This document shows, one piece after another, positions 21,493 to 24,000 of a stretch of 24,000 bases of DNA. The position numbers and the translations under genes were made by a program. Location of the stretch: NCBI GenBank assembly GCA_001515945.1, contig LOER01000028.1, forward strand, positions 1 to 24,000, in the 5' to 3' direction. Below the pieces are notes generated by a model that was not told the origin of the DNA, made no database searches, and was given only the letters and a program-made list of their open reading frames with translations. The stretch is from Desulfitibacter sp. BRH_c19 (GTDB lineage Bacteria; Bacillota; DSM-16504; Desulfitibacterales; Desulfitibacteraceae). How positions within the stretch are numbered: position 1 is the first letter of the stretch; every line of letters begins with the position of its first letter.

Positions 21493-22562
21493 TTAATACT
21501 GAAATTGCAATTATAGGCGGGGGCCCTGCTGGTATGTGTGCAGCACTAACAGCAGCTGAACAAGGAGCACATATTCTTTTAATGGATAGAGAAAGCAACC
21601 TTGGAGGACAACTTGTAAAGCAAACCCACCGCTTCTTCGGATCAGAAAAGGAACATGCTGGTACTCGAGGTATTGATATTGCATCCATATTAGAGGACGC
21701 AATTATTAATCACAACAATATAGAAGTTAAAACTAATACAACTGTTCTAGCTATTTATGATGATGGTCTAATTTCAATTGAAGAAAAGAATAAATACAAA
21801 AAAATAAACAGCAAAAAAACTATCATTGCTACAGGTGCATCTGAAAAAATGATAGCTTTCCCGAATAATGACCTTCCAGGTGTATACGGTGCTGGTGCTG
21901 TACAAACATTAATGAACCAGCATGGCGTCGTGCCAGGAAACAAGGTGCTTATGGTGGGAGCAGGCAACATTGGACTAATAGTATCTTATCAATTAGTGCA
22001 GGCAGGCATAAAGGTTGAAGCTATTATAGATGCTGCTCCTGGGGTTGGTGGCTATTTTGTCCACGCTTCAAAAATCAGAAGAATGGGAGTACCTATTTTA
22101 ACATCACATACAATTAAAGAAGCCATTGGTAAAGACTTTGTCAAGGGTGCAGTAATATGTCAGCTTGATGATAAATGGCGGCAAATACCAGGAACCGATA
22201 AAGAGCTTGAAGTAGATACTATTTGCCTAGCAGTAGGTCTATCTCCCTTAGTAGATCTATTACGCCATTGCAAATGTCAGATGAAGTATATCCCACAGTT
22301 TGGAGGCTATGTGCCAATTAGAGACGAGTATCTGGAAACAACATCCCCTGGAATATATGTAGCTGGAGATGTATCCGGTGTAGAAGAGGCTAGTAGTGCT
22401 ATGGTGGAGGGGAAAATTACAGGTCTTTGTGCAGCAGAATCTCTTGGATATAACCAAAATGTTAAACCGTTAAAGGAAGAATTTATGGCAGATCTTGTAA
22501 GTTTAAGGTCAGGAATATTGGGTACTAAAATTAGAGAAGGATTAGAACTCTTAGTTGTTTAG
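21489..22562 (+). CDS. FAD/NAD(P)-binding pyridine-nucleotide-disulfide-type oxidoreductase subunit (HcnB/OoxA/PDH1-alpha-like)
   Basis: The TTG start overlaps the upstream stop (ATTTGA). Two Rossmann motifs are present: IAIIGGGPAGMCAA and VLMVGAGNIGLIVS. GIYVAGDV lies near the C-terminus. Confidence 0.8.
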   Translation: MINTEIAIIGGGPAGMCAALTAAEQGAHILLMDRESNLGGQLVKQTHRFFGSEKEHAGTRGIDIASILEDAIINHNNIEVKTNTTVLAIYDDGLISIEEKNKYKKINSKKTIIATGASEKMIAFPNNDLPGVYGAGAVQTLMNQHGVVPGNKVLMVGAGNIGLIVSYQLVQAGIKVEAIIDAAPGVGGYFVHASKIRRMGVPILTSHTIKEAIGKDFVKGAVICQLDDKWRQIPGTDKELEVDTICLAVGLSPLVDLLRHCKCQMKYIPQFGGYVPIRDEYLETTSPGIYVAGDVSGVEEASSAMVEGKITGLCAAESLGYNQNVKPLKEEFMADLVSLRSGILGTKIREGLELLVV

Positions 22563-22574
22563 GAGGTGTCAATA

Positions 22575-23066
22575 GTGTTTAAGAAAACGGGTCTTATCAA
22601 TGTTGAAATGGTAGAAAAGACATTACCGTCCTTAGAAAGAAGAAGTGGAAGGCCTTATGCTATCTTTGAGTGTTTTCAAGAAATTCCGTGTAACCCTTGT
22701 TTTACAAGTTGCAAGCAAGGTGCTGTAATTCCCTTTGAGGATATTAATGATCTACCCAAAATAGATTATGAAAAATGTAATGGCTGTGCTGTGTGCGTCA
22801 GTGCTTGTCCTGGACTAGCATGTTTTGTAATTGATGAAAATTATAGTGTCACAGAAGCGACCATTAAACTACCTTATGAATTTTTACCCTTTCCAGTAGA
22901 GGGCAAAAATGTGATTGCATTAGATCGGGAAGGAAATGAAGTTGGTACTGCAAGAGTTATTAAAGTACAGAATAACAAAAAGTTTAATCACACTAATATA
23001 ATTACTATTGCAGTTCCAAAGGACCAAGTGCTCATAGTAAGAGGGTTAAGATTGGAGGGTTTTTAG
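22575..23066 (+). CDS. 4Fe-4S ferredoxin-domain subunit
   Basis: Track start GTG 22566 lies inside AGGAGG (22561-22566). I prefer the GTG at 22575, with an 8-nt spacer. Motifs are CNPCFTSC and CNGCAVCVSACPGLAC. Confidence 0.7.
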   Translation: MFKKTGLINVEMVEKTLPSLERRSGRPYAIFECFQEIPCNPCFTSCKQGAVIPFEDINDLPKIDYEKCNGCAVCVSACPGLACFVIDENYSVTEATIKLPYEFLPFPVEGKNVIALDREGNEVGTARVIKVQNNKKFNHTNIITIAVPKDQVLIVRGLRLEGF

Positions 23067-23342
23067 ATGAATAAGAAAACTTACCTTTGCCGATGTGAGG
23101 ATGTTACTTTAGAAGACGTCCATAAGCTAATAGATACAGGGGTTCAAACCTTCGAGGAAATAAAGAGACATACCCGCTGCACCATGGGACCATGCCAGGG
23201 AAGTACCTGCAGAAATGTACTAGCTGGAGAAATTGCAAATAAAAAAGGTATGAAAGTTGAAGAAATTGACATTCCCACCTATCGAGCTCCTGTTAAACCA
23301 ATCAAGCTGGGAACAATTGCAGGTGGTGAATCTGATGCGTAA
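23067..23342 (+). CDS. BFD-like (2Fe-2S)-binding small subunit
   Basis: The ATG abuts the upstream stop. The CRCEDVT...RCTMGPCQGSTC pattern is typical of the BFD-like 2Fe-2S domain. Confidence 0.7.
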   Translation: MNKKTYLCRCEDVTLEDVHKLIDTGVQTFEEIKRHTRCTMGPCQGSTCRNVLAGEIANKKGMKVEEIDIPTYRAPVKPIKLGTIAGGESDA

Positions 23343-24000
23343 AAGCGCCGATGCAGTAGTAATAGGTGGCGGGACAATCGGATGTGCTGTTGCCTATAAT
23401 CTAGCAAAAAAGGGCTTTAAAAATGTTGTGCTCCTTGAGAAAAAGTACATAACTAGTGGCTCCACAGGCAGGTGTGCTGCGGGCTTTCGTCAACAATGGG
23501 GTACAAAAATAAATTGTCTTATTTCTAGAGCTAGTGCTCAAATTTTCAAGAACTTAAGTGAAGAATTAGATTACGAAGATATTGAATATCGGGAAAGTGG
23601 CTATTTACTTATTACCTACAAAGAAGATCAAGCACAAATGCTTGAAAAGAATCTTAAGCTTCAAAATAGCTTGGAAATACCATCTAAGAAGCTATCTCCA
23701 AAGGAAGCAAAAGAAATGATACCACACTTAAATACGGAGGGTATGGTAGCAGCATTTTATTGTCAGGAAGATGGTCATGTAAACCCATTTAAAGCAACCT
23801 TTGCTTATGCTCACGCAGCAAAAAATCTTGGTGTAGAAATCAACACATATACAACTGTTACCGGAATAAAGACAAATAGCAATGGAGCCTCTAGCAAAAG
23901 AAAAGTAACCGCCGTAGTTACTGATAATGGAACAATTGAAACAAATCTAGTCATAAATGCTACTGGTCCCTATTCTAAATTTATTGGGCAAATGCTTGGC
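23335..24000 (+). CDS. FAD-dependent amine oxidoreductase, DAO family (SoxB/HcnC/OoxB/proline-dehydrogenase-beta-like), 5' 222 codons only
   Basis: The ATG at 23335 overlaps the previous stop (ATGCGTAA). The sequence reads MRKSADAVVIGGGTIGCAVAYNLAKKGFKNVVLLEK...SGSTGRCAAGFR...HVNPF. The frame is open to the window end and is not in the ORF track because it is truncated. Confidence 0.8.
   Translation, partial: MRKSADAVVIGGGTIGCAVAYNLAKKGFKNVVLLEKKYITSGSTGRCAAGFRQQWGTKINCLISRASAQIFKNLSEELDYEDIEYRESGYLLITYKEDQAQMLEKNLKLQNSLEIPSKKLSPKEAKEMIPHLNTEGMVAAFYCQEDGHVNPFKATFAYAHAAKNLGVEINTYTTVTGIKTNSNGASSKRKVTAVVTDNGTIETNLVINATGPYSKFIGQMLG

Noticed and set aside
1-24000. Scan for CRISPR arrays, tRNA/rRNA genes, IS elements, integrases or phage genes
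   Set aside because: I saw no regularly spaced direct repeats, no tRNA T-loop (GGTTCGAAT-like) contexts in the intergenic regions, and no transposase- or integrase-like translations in the ORF track.

Overview
Low-GC (about 30-40%), Firmicute-like chromosomal window (SLH S-layer protein, strong GGAGG ribosome-binding sites, sigma54 enhancer-binding proteins), densely coding. No rRNA, tRNA, CRISPR array or transposase was recognised.

Left to right:
(1) A truncated minus-strand gene at the left edge with a nuclease-like N-terminus.
(2) A cell-surface pair on the minus strand. An SLH-anchored beta-helix/Ig-like protein is followed by a secreted protein with a tandemly duplicated domain. A c-di-GMP-I (GEMM-I) riboswitch-like element lies between them.
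(3) A DUF2294-like gene and a short alpha-glucan phosphorylase.
(4) A membrane-anchored EB_dh / cytochrome c552-like heme protein, overlapping a 4-TM protein gene.
(5) Two small membrane/secreted proteins.
(6) An arsR-hgcA-hgcB mercury-methylation module, with the HgcA cap-helix motif NVWCAAGK and a two-cluster ferredoxin HgcB.
(7) A GC-rich (about 50-60%) CapA/PGA_cap lipoprotein gene with an apparent frameshift near its 3' end.
(8) A sigma54-controlled catabolic region. It holds two paralogous PAS-AAA+-HTH activators, a non-Pyl MttB-family methyltransferase, a BCCT transporter and a TIM-barrel isomerase/epimerase-like gene. It also holds a divergent five-gene HcnABC/OoxAB/PDH1-like flavin/Fe-S amine dehydrogenase operon.

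Three hand-found promoters share TGGCAT-N5-TTGC. The most notable points are the hgcAB module and its cysteine decorations, the riboswitch inside the S-layer gene pair, the sigma54 architecture (one activator carries GAYTEA instead of GAFTGA), and an MttB operon with no cognate corrinoid protein in the window. All family assignments come from motif recognition by eye and need HMM or covariance-model confirmation.
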